From Takakia lepidozioides (lineage: Eukaryota > Plantae > Bryophyta), in the NCBI GenBank assembly GCA_030704615.1, contig CM060731.1, positions 10,416,001-10,480,000 of the forward strand: DNA of 64,000 nt, read 5' to 3'. Both the position numbers and the translations under genes were made by a program. Shown one piece after another: positions 63,593-64,000 of the stretch; within the stretch, counting starts at the first letter, position 1; each line of letters begins with the position of its first letter. The notes beneath the pieces are model-generated. The model searched no databases. It saw only the letters and a list, made by a program, of their open reading frames with translations, and was not told the DNA's origin.

Positions 63593-64000
63593 TGTCGCGA
63601 CACCTCACTTCGGTAAATCCCCTCAGTCATAGTTACTCGCTTTGATGCGCGCGCCTGACTCCCAACCTGGCCGCCGGGCCAACTTGGAGCTTCGGCTGCT
63701 CACCGGGACATAACGGTCCCCTTTCGATTCCCTCTAAAACCCTCCACCTAATTGGGACTAGGAGAATTCCCTTTGGTAGATGGCAGTCCGGAACAGCTCC
63801 CCACTCTTTGGTCGCTTTCCGGCTCGCTCGCTTACTCACTAGTTTTTTGTCACCAACGGGCTTGCACCGTTCTCGGGGTTACTACTCCCTATATATACTT
63901 CTGTAGCTTTCCGCGGGGGTTTCACAACCAGCCATGCATTTTTATGGCGAACACCACGAAGACCCTCGATTCCGGTGGTGAGTCGCGTGAGTTTTGGGCC
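63593..64000 (-). mobile_element. Second LTR of the same chromovirus family, abutting the RT of the first copy; runs off the window
   Basis: 63593 onward closely matches 59544 onward and abuts the RT motif YHQIRMAEGDEEKTACRTRYG. Confidence 0.88.

Overview
Eukaryotic, intron-rich DNA from a land plant, most likely a bryophyte or other non-seed plant. The left ~27 kb is genic. It holds the 3' part of a Kelch-repeat (probably F-box/Kelch) gene with a 1-bp frameshift, a TTAA-flanked piggyBac-like MITE and a hAT transposase relic. It also holds an apparently complete WASH complex subunit 4 (SWIP) gene on the minus strand, head-to-head with an intact subfamily-I ethylene receptor (ETR1-like, 6 coding exons, 746 aa). 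Intron 3 of the receptor is filled by a head-to-tail stack of LINE 3' ends separated mostly by (CT)n tails. The right ~37 kb is a transposon nest: a LINE, several Ty3/Gypsy elements (one with a PHD-finger integrase, one chromovirus) and two copies of a large DNA element sharing the terminus CTATTTCATGAGC. The longer copy carries a GCM/MULE/SWIM transposase, a 9-unit array of 34-bp palindromes, and an intron-containing cargo gene joining a ParB/Srx-like domain (WDGNHR) to a bacterial-type beta-class N4C/N6A DNA methyltransferase fold. Its motif IV is non-canonical ((D/N)IPD), and GGCGCC-centred motifs sit in the gene's introns. This ParB-MTase-carrying element is the most novel system here. All assignments come from manual motif reading; no database searches were run. 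Frequent frameshifts in the right half may be decay or sequencing error.
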